Part shown: piece after piece, positions 1-11,578 of the stretch | Numbering within the stretch: the first letter of the stretch is position 1 | How the letters are laid out: the number at the start of each line of letters is the position of its first letter | DNA from: Cyanophora paradoxa CCMP329 | Taxonomy: Eukaryota > Plantae > Glaucophyta | DNA length: 64,000 bases | Direction: 5' to 3' | NCBI GenBank assembly: GCA_004431415.1 | Contig: QPMI01000212.1 | Span: 62,001-126,000, forward strand | The notes under the pieces: model-generated | Database searches by the model: none | What the model saw: the letters and a program-made list of their open reading frames with translations, nothing else | What the model was told of the DNA's origin: nothing | Made by a program: the position numbers and the translations under genes

Positions 1-817
1 AGCGGAGGATGACCTGAGGGGGTACATGGATGGCGGCGGCGCGGGGTAAGCGTGCGGTGGGGGTACGGGCGCACGTAGAGGTCGCGCAGTCCGTTCACAT
101 CCTCCGACTTGCGTCGCGCGAACGGATCGCGCGCATCTTGCAGCGCCGCGGTGCGGGGCTGCAGCTGGCCCGTGAGGGCGCGGCGCGGCACGGTGCAGCG
201 GCGGCGGACCGTCTGGAATTGCGGTTACTTGCACGCAGTTGTTCAAGCCGCGATGCTCTGCCGAGACGAGCACGCGCTGCGCCTCGCGGGTCGGGCCTGC
301 AGCTGGGCCCGGGCCGCGGCGCTCGGGGCCGGGCGCGTGATCTGCTCGCGGAGGACTTTGTCCTCTTGCTCCAGCCGCCATGGCCAGCTCTGCGCGCTTG
401 ATCATGAGCTCGACTCGGCGAAGGAGGGCGCTCCGAGAAGCTATGTTCACCTCTATCGCTGCAGCTCCGCGACACGCGCTGTCAGTTTAGTCCGCCGTGT
501 ACGCCGGCTGCCCGTAGGGACCGCCGCCGGGGACGTGGGGCCCGCGGTGGGGGCCGCGGCCGGCAACGGCAGCCGCTGAGCGGACGCCACAAAATGACTA
601 AGGTCTGCACGTGACCGCCATGAACGTGCACGTTCGAGCACGAGAACGTGCACACGGACGCCGCTGCGAAGCGCGGCTCAGGACACGCGCGCTCGAGAAA
701 GGAGGATCGAGCAGCGGAGAAAACGCCTCGAGCTCGCTGGATATCGATGCTTATACTTGATCCTTTGTTGCGCTGGCCGGATCCTCGGATGCTCTCGATA
801 TTGTACCCCAGGCTCAT
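1..817 (-). CDS. Probable 5' part of an unknown spliced gene running off the window start
   Basis: Protein-like frame AAAIEVNIASRSALLRRVELMIKRAELAMAAG and a typical GTGCGC...CCTCAG intron near 14-74; no recognisable domain; start uncertain. Confidence 0.3.
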
Positions 818-1326
818 CCAGCCAGGACCAGCCTGGACCAGCCAGGACCAGCCTCCAGGCTCTCGAGAAGCAGGCTAGCTGCAGCAGTTGCCTCGCTCCA
901 GCGTGAGCGTCTGATCCGCTTCGGCATCAGCTGCCTCACTCCTCTTGCCTTCCGCGGGTCGCCTCACAACCGCGCGCGCGCGGGTACGGTCCGCGTTGGC
1001 ATTGACGTTAAACGTTCTTCCAGCCGCGAGTCCGCCTGGGCGTTAACGTCGTTCTTTTGTTCGATACACCCTCTAGATCTCACAGGCTTCTCGTTCGACA
1101 GGCACCTAGACGACGACTTCGCCATGTCAAGGCTTCTGCAAGGTTCTTGGCCATCTTCCGATCTTGTTGATCGCACAGCCGGATCGGCTGTACATGTGCT
1201 TGCAAGGTTCACAGCTGGAGATGCACCCGTCGTCGTCGCTGTGCGCGTACGCGTTCTCCTTCAGCTTGATCATGAGCTCGCTGCTATAGCTACCTTCTTG
1301 GCTGATCCAGCGAGTATTTACTGCAC

Positions 1327-1824
1327 ATGAAGCAGGCGGGGCCTCAAGAAGTGGGATTTGCGCTGCAGATGTCTACTGCAGCAGCGAGGGATCTGGGCGC
1401 GAACTTCGCTTTGAATGCTGCGAAGGAGCTGAAGGAGGGCATGATTGAATCCTCGAAGCAGCTGAGCGTCGCATCGGCGAACCTCGGAGTGGAAGCTGCG
1501 AAGGTGCTGACCGTCGCATCGGCGAACCTCGGAGTGGAAGCTGCGAAGGAAATGAAGGAGCTCGGCACGCTAGCTGCGAAGGAAATGAAGGAGCTCGGCA
1601 CGCTCTTCATTGTCGGCTGGATAGTAGTTTCTATAATCAACAAGCCCACGCGAGGCGATGGCCAGGGTGCGAGCGCGTCGCCCGCTCGTTGCTGGCCGCT
1701 GCGGCCGGGCTCTGATCCGAGCTCGAGCAGGTGGCCGCAGCGAGCTGCCGCTGCTTCGCGAGCCGTAGGGGGGCGCAGCGAGCCGTGGCTTTCCCACGAG
1801 CCGCAGCTGCCCCGCGAGCCGTAG
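1327..1824 (+). CDS. Small amphipathic-repeat protein with one hydrophobic segment, copy 1
   Basis: Repeats (L-S/T-VASANLGVEAAK)x2 and (AAKEMKELGTL)x2 followed by FIVGWIVVSII; frame conserved in copy 2; true start and end uncertain. Confidence 0.55.
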   Translation: MKQAGPQEVGFALQMSTAAARDLGANFALNAAKELKEGMIESSKQLSVASANLGVEAAKVLTVASANLGVEAAKEMKELGTLAAKEMKELGTLFIVGWIVVSIINKPTRGDGQGASASPARCWPLRPGSDPSSSRWPQRAAAASRAVGGRSEPWLSHEPQLPREP

Positions 1825-2270
1825 TGGGCGCGACCGCCTCCAGGTCTCTTTTCCTTCTGGGGCGAGCTCCCTCTCCAAGGCTTCGCGCCGCGCCCATCCG
1901 CATCCGTCCCTCGCCCCCAGCTCTAACGGACGCCCACGGCCGGCCGTGTTTGCCTCTCTTATCGGATCATGAGACGCCGAGAGCGAGGCGAGGCTTTGCC
2001 GCCTTCGATGCCATTCTCTGGACGATTGAAGGTTGTCTGGTGTAGCACTTTGTGCGGAAGCAAATGGACGTTCACTCTTTCTGTCTTTCTCCAGCAGCGA
2101 TAGCGATGCCGCATCGTTCGGGCGGGGGGATCGCGAGGGACCGGACGGGCCGGACGGGCCGGGGGCGAGGGGGCTAGCTATGGGAATGTGGGGGGGGCTT
2201 GGGGCACTAGAGGGGACTGGGTGCCTTCCTCGCTCCGGGAGGCCGGCGCGCGGGGCCGGGCGGGCGGCGG

Positions 2271-5200
2271 CTAGGCAGCGGATCCGAAGCCGGAGGCGGC
2301 GCGGGGGGCGGCGGGGGCGACGTGGTGGAGGGGCCGGCCGCGGGCCCCCGGCCACTCCGCCGCCCTCGCCTCCGCCAGCAGCTCCAGCGCCGCCTCCACC
2401 CCTGGCCCCGGGCCCCTCAGATCAGATCTGATCTGATCCGACCTGATCTGAGCGCACCGCGGGCGAAGGCGGCGTTGTCGAAGTAGCCGCGGCGAGCCTC
2501 CCGCGCGGCGGCGAGGGCCGCCCGCAGCGCCGCGAGGCGCCCCGGGGCTCCGGCCCCCGCCGCCAGCGCCACCGCAGCGTCCTCGTACGCCTGTGCGAAG
2601 CAAATGAAGGCGCCCCGGCCCGCGCCTCAGGGCGGGGCGGGGCGGGGCTGGGGAAGGCGCGGGCGGGGCGGGCCTTGAGGCTGGGGACGATGGGGGGCGC
2701 CAGGTCCGACCCCGCCCCATCCTCCTCCTCGGGGCGGCGGCGGCCCGGACGATGGAGGCGGCGACGCGGCTGACCATGCGCTCCGCCGGCATCGTCACCA
2801 CCGGCACGCCTGCCGCGGCCTGCTCGGCCTGCCCGCCTGCCTGGCCGGGCCGGGCGGGCGCACCGCCCCAGGCGGCCTCGGCGACGGTCGTGTGCGAGTT
2901 GTACCGCTGCGAGTCGAGGTAGAGCCCGCACGCCGCCTGCGCGCCCGCCCGCCCCGCTCGAGGCGGGCCGCAGGGTCCGGCCGGCAAAGGCGGGCGGGGG
3001 GGGCGGGCCTTGCGGGCGATGTGCTCCGCGTCGGAGAAGAGGTCAGAGAAGACCACCCGCGGGGCGCCCTGCCGGCCGGGATCGGTGGAGCCGGGGGGCG
3101 GGGGTAGGAGGAGGAGGGGGGTACGCGTCGCGCCTCGCGGAGGGACACGTCGAGGAGGCCGGCGGCCGCCGCCTCCGCCTCCAGCGCCCCCTCCGCGTCC
3201 CCCGCCCCGTCCTTCGGGTACCGCAGCATCCCTGGGGGCACCCCCCCGTGAGGCGGGGACGGGGCCCCAGGGGAGAGGAAGAGGGGGGTACGGGCGCACA
3301 GAAGACGGAGCCCGGGACGCGGCGGAGGACGTTCGCCCACACGCCGAAGACCTCCGCGTCCAGCTGGCGTGGGGGGGGGGGGGAATTCAGGAGGCGGGGG
3401 GTACAGGCGGCGGCGGGGCCGCCGTACGGGTGGCGATCGCGTCAGAAGCGCACCTTGTAGTACTTGCCGAAGTTGCAGAAGGTGAAGCGGCCGGGGCGGG
3501 GCCCCGCCGGCGCCTGCACAGCAGCCGCGGCGTCCCCGGCCGAGGTCGGTGGCGGCGGCAGCGCGTGCATGTCCACGGGCGCTGCGCGATGGGTCCCGAG
3601 GTGAGCGGGGCCCTCCCCTGCGCCCAGATACATGCGGCGGGGGCGGGGGGTACACGGACTGTAGGGGAGCATGGAGAGGGGCGGGGGCAGGTACGCGACG
3701 CGCTCGCCCCCGTACACTGCCTCGTTCGCTGCCAGTTCCTGCCGGGGGCGCGTTAGAAGGCGCTGGATTTGTTAGGTGGAATTCTCCTTAGAGTTTCTCC
3801 TTAGAGTCTAGAGTCTGCTGGCGTTGGAAGGCGCGGAGAGGGGGGGGGCGGCACTCGAGTCTATGTTTGGATCTGAGCTTGCTATTAGATGGGCGGAACG
3901 CACCGGCGTGCGGGAGAGGCGGTCGGTGACGATGCCGCCCATGAACGGGTCGGCGTCTGCGGGGGCGGGGCGGGGTGAGGGGCGGGGCGAGAGGGGGGGG
4001 GGGGGGAGGGAGGGGGGGGGACCCTCGGGGGAGGCGGCGCCGTAGTAGCCGTGGTACCCCGTGAAAGAGAGGAGCTGGATGGGCGCCGGCCGCAGCGCAA
4101 AGATGCCTGTCCGGGGGGGTACGAGGATGTCGGCGCGGGGTACGGAGCTCGAGCCCGGGCGGCGGGGCGGCGGGGCGGACCGTCGCGGGCGCCGACGGTG
4201 TGCCCGTTGGCGTTGAGTAGCACGTCGATGCCGTCTGCGCGCGCGAAAGAGGAGAGCGCGTCAGTAGAGCAGAGCGAGGCCCGGGGCAAGGGGAGGGGCG
4301 CGCCGGCGTTGATGCGCGCGGCGGCGGCGCGGTCGTCCCCCGCGTACTCGGGGCCGTGCAGCTGCGCGCGGCGCCGGCTCAAGAAAGGGGCGGGGGCGAC
4401 CTCTAGGAAGACCCCGGGCGCCGGCGGGCGAGCGGGAAGTAAGAAGCAAGAGGCTAAGCAGTCTCTCTTCAGTCCTCCGCGATCCGGTCTCTTAGAGCGC
4501 TACGAAAGCGATCTCCACGGCTAAGCGATCTCTCTTCGAATCCAGTCCTCCCGTCCCTCGGAACGCTACGAAAGGCGCGCGTGCCTCGACCCAGTGCTCG
4601 GCGGAGGAGCGGACGGCCTCGTGGAAGCGGTCGTCCTGCGGGACGCGGGGGGCGCGCTCAGCTCGGGGGCGGGGGCGACGTTGAGCTTGAGGCTAGTTCA
4701 AGAGGGCTCAGTCCGGAGGGGCGGGGCGGGGCGGGGCGGGCCGCACGGGGCGCAGGGGAGGGTTCAGGGAGTACGCGAAGACCTGCGGGGCCTGAGAAGA
4801 GGGGGGGAGGAATGGGGGGGTACGGGGCACGCCTCGACGCGAGAGCGATCGTGGAGGGCGAAGAGGCGCGCGACGCAGCGGCCGGCGGCGTGCGTCCCGA
4901 AGTCCGCGGAGACGTACCCCACACGCAGGCGGCGCCCGGCGGGCCAGGCGTGCGGGGGGTACGCGGGCGGCGGGGGCGGCCAGGCGCCGTCCGTCACGGC
5001 GGCGACCTGCGTGGGGAGAGCAGGACACATGAACCTCCTAAACGGTCTACAAGATTTAAGCATAAGCGGACCTGGGCGCGGAGGAAGCGGGCGGTAAAGG
5101 CGGAGAGGAGGGCCTCGGGGACGGGCAGGGCGAGGAGGAAGAGGGGCTGGGTGATGGGCTGCGGGTGCAGCGGGGGCGCCAGGTCGCGCTCCACCTGGAG

Positions 5201-6033
5201 GGAGGGCTCTTGAGATAGAGAATCGGCGATATCGATCTAGAAGCAAGCAAGCAGGGAGATCTGGCTCCACCTCGCGACGGAGGTCGGCGGCGACGGCGGG
5301 CAGGCGCCGCCACGAGGCCGTCATCGCGAGCGTCCGCGCCCAGTTGCCCAGCAGCGCCCCTGCCGCCCCGCCCCGCCCAGTGGCCCGGTCAGCAAAGGGG
5401 TCGGGGTCGAGCGGGCGGGTGGGCGGGCCGAGGGGCGCACCGCGCTCACGCTCGGCGGCGCGGCGGTTGGACTCGCTGGAACCGCCGGGCTGCGCCGCCT
5501 GCGTCCGCAGCCGCTCGTGCGCTGCCGCCCGCCCCGCCCCGCCCCGTTAGAGCCCTCTCCGAGGCCGGCGACGCGAGGCGGGCGGGGAGGGGCGCTCCGA
5601 CGGGGCTCGTTTCGTATGGCGGGGCGGGGCGGGGCGGTGCGGGGCGGGCGGGGCGGGGGGGGCGGGGCGCGCACCGTCCTGGTAGTGCCGGGCCGCCTCG
5701 CCGTAGCGGTGCTCCTCCCCGCGCGCCCACGCCAGCCTGCCGGGCCCCCGGTCGGAGAGAGGCGGAAAGGCCGGGCGGGGCGGGGCGGGGCGGGCGGGGC
5801 GAAGGGAGGCGGACAGGGTGATGGCGGGGACGACGGCCGGGTCCAGCTGCAGCGCCCGCTCCGCGTGCTAGGGCGCCCCCCGGGGGCCCTGTCAGGTCGA
5901 GGACGGGCGGGGGCGCGAGGGCGGGCAGGCGGAGCGGACCCGGACGGCGGCGGGCGTGTCGCTCTTGGTTAGGGCGGTGGCCATCAGCCCGTGCCACTCC
6001 GCGTCGTCCGGCTCGGGCGCCGCCACGGCCCCG
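2271..6033 (-). pseudogene. 5'-truncated duplicate of the GT41 OGT-like gene (pseudogene or short isoform)
   Basis: Keeps RLRVGYVSADFGTH, FCNFGKYYK and YNSHTT exons but lacks the signal peptide and first TPRs present in copy 2 beyond 11578. Confidence 0.6.
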
Positions 6034-6569
6034 ATCGTCCGGTCCCCTGCGCGCCGCAGGGGCGGGGGGATGGCGGGCGGGGTCGTCTTAGCGAGGAGGG
6101 CCGGCGGGTGGGGGTGGGGGTGGGGCGGGGCGGGGCCCTCCGCTCCTAGCTTTCGACCGCTACTGACGTATCGACCGCTACCAATGAACTGCGAGCCGCC
6201 ATTCTGCGAGCCGCTTTCCGAGAACGCGGGGGGGCCGACGACAGCAGCGAACCTGACAGGAAGACCGTTGGACGAAGGGGTCGAGCAGAGCGACAGGGCG
6301 TGAACGTGGCTCAGCGTGGCCTAGCAAAGTGTACACGGACGCCATGGGGCTGGCCGCTCCGACGCGCCTCTCTTTGTCCGCGACCCGGGCGACCGACGAC
6401 GATGCTGGCTGGGCGCTTTCACGGCATTGGTAACGACATTGTCACGACAAGACGACGAGGGTATCGCGATTCGGATCGCATCACTGTACCCCCGCGCCGG
6501 CCGCGCCCGCGCCGACTGCCAGGCGTAGGCTGAGACTGGGTTCCCCCTCACGTCCACCTGCAGTTCTTG

Positions 6570-9500
6570 CCTCTGATCCGCGTCCGATCCGCTTCGGCCT
6601 CCGCTGCCTCGGATCTGCTCACCCAAACGTGCCTCCCGCGAGTCCGCCTCGTTATCCGCTTACCCAATTGCAAGCGGGTGCGCCTCGGCGTTAACCGTTT
6701 CTTTGATTTAGAGCCGCCTCTCACGGGCTTTCTGTTCTGCAGGCAAGGAAAGGCAATTTCGAATGTCACGGATGAGGCCGTGTCCAGGTTTCTTGTTCCT
6801 CCAACTTCCTTGGCCTGCATCCGATCTTATCAGTCGCACAGCCGGTTCGGCGACAATGCGGGCGGGTTCTTGCCGGCGCCCCCGCTTCACAGCTGGAGCA
6901 ACACCCGTCGTCGTCGCCGTGCGCGTCCTCCGTGCTGCTCGCCTTCTTGGCTGATAAGCGTATTTGCTGCATTCGAAGCAGGCGCGGCCTCAGTTGCAAG
7001 AAGTGGGATTTGTGCTGTCTACTGCAGCAGCGTCGAATCTGGGCGCAAACTTCGCATTGAATGCTGCGAAGGAGCTGAAGGAGGGCATGATTGAATCCTC
7101 GAAGGAGCTGAGCGTCGCATCGGCGAACCTCGGAGTGGAAGCTGCGAAGGAAATGAAGGAGCTCGGCACGCTAGCTGCGAAGGAAATGAAGGAGCTCGGC
7201 ACGCTCTTCATTGTCGGCTGGATAGTAGTTTCTATAATCAACAAGCCCACGCGAGGCGATGGCCAGGGTGCGAGCGCGTCGCCCGCTCGTTGCTGGCCGC
7301 TGCGGCCGGGCTCTGATCCGAGCTCGAGCAGGTGGCCGCAGCGAGCTGCCGCTGCTTCGCGAGCCGTAGGGGGGCGCAGCGAGCCGTGGCTTTCCCACGA
7401 GCCGCAGCTGCCCCGCGAGCCGTAGTGGGCGCGACCGCCTCCAGGTCTCTTTTCCTTCTGGGGCGAGCTCCCTCTCCAAGGCTTCGCGCCGCGCCCATCC
7501 GCATCCGTCCCTCGCCCCCAGCTCTAACGGACGCCCACGGCCGGCCGTGTTTGCCTCTCTTATCGGATCATGAGACGCCGAGAGCGAGGCGAGGCTTTGC
7601 CGCCTTCGATGCCATTCTCTGGACGATTGAAGGTTGTCTGGTGTAGCACTTTGTGCGGAAGCAAATGGACGTTCACTCTTTCTGTCTTTCTCCAGCAGCG
7701 ATAGCGATGCCGCATCGTTCGGGCGGGGGGATCGCGAGGGACCGGACGGGCCGGACGGGCCGGGGGCGAGGGGGCTAGCTATGGGAATGTGGGGGGGCTT
7801 GGGGCACTAGAGGGGACTGGGTGCCTTCCTCGCTCCGGGAGGCCGGCGCGCGGGGCCGGGCGGGCGGCGGCTAGGCAGCGGATCCGAAGCCGGAGGCGGC
7901 GCGGGGGGCGGCGGGGGCAACGTGGTGGAGGGGCCGGCCGCGGGCCCCGGCCACTCCGCCGCCCTCGCCTCCGCCAGCAGCTCCAGCGCCGCCTCCACCC
8001 CTGGCCCCGGGCCCCTCAGATCAGATCTGATCTGATCCGACCTGATCTGAGCGCACCGCGGGCGAAGGCGGCGTTGTCGAAGTAGCCGCGGCGGGCCTCC
8101 CGCGCGGCGGCGAGGGCCGCCCGCAGCGCCGCGAGGCGCCCCGGGGCTCCGGCCCCCGCCGCCAGCGCCACCGCCGCGTCCTCGTACGCCTGCGCGGAGC
8201 AAACGAAGGCGCCCCGGCCCGCGCCTCAGAGACCGCGGGAGAAGGCGCGGCCCGGAGGCCGCGGGGGCGGGGCGGGCCTTGAGGCTGGGGACGATGGGGG
8301 GCGCCAGGTCCGACCCCGCCCATCCTCCTCCTCGGGGGCGGCGGCGGCCCGGACGATGGAGGCGGCGACGCGGCTGACCATGCGCTCCGCCGGCATCGTC
8401 ACCACCGGCACGCCTGCCGCGGCCTGCTCGGCCTGCCCGCCTGCCTGGCCGGGCCGGGCGGGGCGGGCGCACCGCCCCAGGCGGCCTCGGCGACGGTCGT
8501 GTGCGAGTTGTACCGCTGCGAGTCGAGGTAGAGCCCGCACGCCGCCTGCGCGCCCGCCCGCCCCGCTCGAGGCGGGCCGCAGGGTCCGGCCGGCAAAGGC
8601 GGGCGGGCGCGCGGGCCTTGCGGGCGATGTGCTCCGCGTCGGAGAAGAGGTCAGTGAAGACCACCCGCGGGGCGCCCTGCCGGCCGGGATCGGTGGGGGC
8701 GGGGGGCGGGGGTAGGAGGAGGAGGGGGGTACGCGTCGCGCCTCGCGGAGGGACACGTCGAGGAGGCCGGCGGCCGCCGCCTCCGCCTCCAGCGCCCCCT
8801 CCGCGTCCCCCGCCCCGTCCTTCGGGTACCGCAGCATCCCTGGGGGCACCCCCCCGTGAGGCGGGGACGGGGCCCCAGGGGAGAGGAAGAGGGGGGTACG
8901 GGCGCACAGAAGACGGAGCCCGGGACGCGGCGGAGGACGTTCGCCCACACGCCGAAGACCTCCGCGTCCAGCTGGCGTGGGGGGGGGGGGGATTCAGGAG
9001 GCGGGGGGTACAGGCGGCGGCGGGGCCGCCGTACGGGTGGCGATCGCGTCAGAAGCGCACCTTGTAGTACTTGCCGAAGTTGCAGAAGGTGAAGCGGCCG
9101 GGGCGGGGCCCCGCCGGCGCCTGCACAGCAGCCGCGGCGTCCCCGGCCGGTGCCGGCGGTGGCGGCAGCGCGTGCATGTCCACAGGCGCTGCGCGGTGGG
9201 CACCGAAAGTGAGCGGGGCCCTCCCCTGCGCCCAGATACATGCGGCGGGGAGGGGGGTACACGGACTGTAGGGGAGCATGGAGAGGGGCGGGGGCAGGTA
9301 CGCGACCCGCTCGCCCCCGTACACCGCCTCGTCCGCCGCCAGCTCCTGCCGGGGGCGCGCCGGCGTCGGAAGGCGCGGGGAGGGGGGCCGGCACTTGAGT
9401 CTACGTTTCGATCTGAGACCGCTTCTAGATGGGCGGAACGCACCGGCGTGCGGGAGAGGCGGTCGGTCACGATGCCGCCCACGAACGGGTCGGCATCTGC

Positions 9501-11578
9501 AGGGGCCGGGGCGGGGTGAGGGGCGGGGCGAGAAGGGGGCGGGGCGGGGGGCGGGGCGGGGCGGGAAGCGGACCGTCGGGGGAGGCAGCGCCGTAGTAGC
9601 CGTGGTACCCCGTGAAGGAGAGGAGCTGGATGGGCGCCGGCCGCAGCGCGAAGATGCCTGCCGGGGGGGTACGAGGATGTCGGCGCGGGGTACGGAGCTC
9701 GAGCCCGGGCGGCGGGGCGGCGGGGCGGACCGTCGCGGGCGCCGACGGTGTGCCCGTTGGCGTTGAGGAGCACGTCGATGCCGTCTGCGCGCGAGACGGG
9801 CGCGTCAACGGAGCGGGGCGCGGGGCGGGGCGGGGCGGGAGGGGCGCGCCGGCGTTGATGCGCGCGGCGGCGGCGCGGTCGTCGCCCGCGTACTCGGGGC
9901 CGTGCAGCTGCGCGTGGCGCCGACTCAAGAAAGGGGCGGGGGCGACCTCTAGGAAGACCCCGGGCGCCGGCGGGCGAGGGGGAAGTAAGAAGCAAGAGGC
10001 TAAGCAGTCTCTCTTCAGTCCTCCGCGATCCGGTCTCTTCGAGCGCTACGAAAGCGATCTCCACGGCTAAGCGATCTCTCTTCGAATCCAGTCCTCCCGT
10101 CCCTCGGAGCGCTGCAAAAGGCGCGCGTGCCTCGACCCAGTGCTCGGCGGAGGAGCGGACGGCCTCGTGGAAGCGGTCGTCCTGCGGGACGCGGGGGGCG
10201 CGCTCAGCTCGGGGGCGGGGGCGACGTTGAGCTTGAGGCTAGTTCAAGAGGGCTCAGTCCGGAGGGGCGGGGCGGGGCGGGGCGGGCCGCACGGGGCGCA
10301 GGGGGGGGTTCAGGGAGTACGCGAAGACCTGCGGGGCCTGAGAAGAGGGGGGAGGAATGGGGGGTACGGGGCACGCCTCGACGCGAGAGCGATCGTGGAG
10401 GGCGAAGAGGCGCGCGACGCAGCGGCCGGCGGCGTGCGTCCCGAAGTCCGCGGAGACGTACCCCACACGCAGGCGGCGCCCGGCGGGCCAGGCGTGCGGG
10501 GGGTACGCGGGCGGCGGGGGCGGCCAGGCGCCGCCCGTCACGGCGGCGACCTGCGCGCGGAGAGAAAGACACATGAACCTCCTAAACGATCTACAAGATT
10601 TAAGCATAAGCGGACCTGGGCGCGGAGGAAGCGGGCGGTAAAGGCGGAGAGGCGGGCTTCGGGGACGGGCAGGGCGAGGAGGAAGAGGGGCTGCGTGATG
10701 GGCTGCGGGTGCAGCGGGGGCGCCAGGTCGCGCTCCACCTGGAGGGAGGGCTCTTCAGATAGAGAATCGATCTAGAAGCAAGCAAGCAAGCAGTGAGATC
10801 TGGCTCCACCTCGCGACGGAGGTCGGCGGCGACGGCGGGCAGGCGCCGCCACGAGGCCGTCATCGCGAGCGTCCGCGCCCAGTTGCCCAGCAGCGCCCCT
10901 GCCGCCCCGCCCCGCCCAGTGGCCCGGTCAGCAAAGGGGTCGGGGTCGAGCGGGCGGGTGGGCGGGCCGAGGGGCGCACCGCGCTCACGCTCGGCGGCGC
11001 GGCGGTTGGACTCGCTGGAACCGCCGGGCTGCGCCGCCTGCGTCCGCAGCCGCTCGTGCGCTGCCGCCCGCCCCGCCCCGCCCCGTTAGAGCCCTCTCCG
11101 AGGCCGGCGACGCGAGGCGGGCGGGGAGGGGCGCTCCGACGGGGCTCGTTTCGTATGGCGGGGCGGGGCGGGGCGGTGCGGGGCGGGGCGGGGCGGGGGG
11201 GGCGGGGCGCGCACCGTCCTGGTAGTGCCGGGCCGCCTCTCCGTAGCGGTGCTCCTCCCCGCGCGCCCACGCCAGCCTGCCGGGCCCCCGGTCGGTCGGA
11301 GAGAGGAGGACAGGGCCAGACGGAGCGGGGCGGGGCGAGCGGGGCGGAGGGAGGCGGACAGGGTGATGGCGGGGACGACGGTCGGGTCGAGCTGCAGGGC
11401 CCGCTCCGCGTGCTAGGGCGCCCCCCGGGAGCCATGTCAGGCCGAGGACGGGCGGGGGCGCGAGGGCGGGCAGGCGGAGCGGACCCGGACGGCGGCGGGC
11501 GTGTCGCTCTTCGTCAGGGCTGTGGCCATCAGCCCGTGCCACTCCGCGTCCTCCGGCTCGGGCGCCGCCACGGCCCCG
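6570..11578. repeat. Tandem segmental duplication, copy 2
   Basis: Same small ORF, same intergenic DNA and same GT41 exons as copy 1. Confidence 0.95.
6964..7425 (+). CDS. Small amphipathic-repeat protein with one hydrophobic segment, copy 2
   Basis: Paralog of 1327-1824 with one fewer 45-bp unit. Confidence 0.55.
   Translation: MLHSKQARPQLQEVGFVLSTAAASNLGANFALNAAKELKEGMIESSKELSVASANLGVEAAKEMKELGTLAAKEMKELGTLFIVGWIVVSIINKPTRGDGQGASASPARCWPLRPGSDPSSSRWPQRAAAASRAVGGRSEPWLSHEPQLPREP

Larger units (their letters stand above)
900..6033. repeat. Tandem segmental duplication, copy 1
   Basis: Aligns by eye with ~6570-11578 (offset ~5.55-5.6 kb); homology ends at gccacggccccg (6033 vs 11578); diverged at the left edge, near-identical over ~1520-2620. 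Confidence 0.95.

Noticed and set aside
1460-1605. Short direct repeats as a CRISPR array
   Set aside because: Contiguous in-frame coding repeats without unique spacers; eukaryotic context; no cas genes
7935-7955. Frameshift in GT41 copy 2 as programmed frameshifting or true inactivation
   Set aside because: A single-base difference in a C-run; a homopolymer sequencing error is at least as likely and cannot be resolved without reads
900-11578. Duplication as LTRs or a transposon
   Set aside because: The copies carry intron-containing cellular genes; no transposase or RT motifs, TIRs or target-site duplication seen
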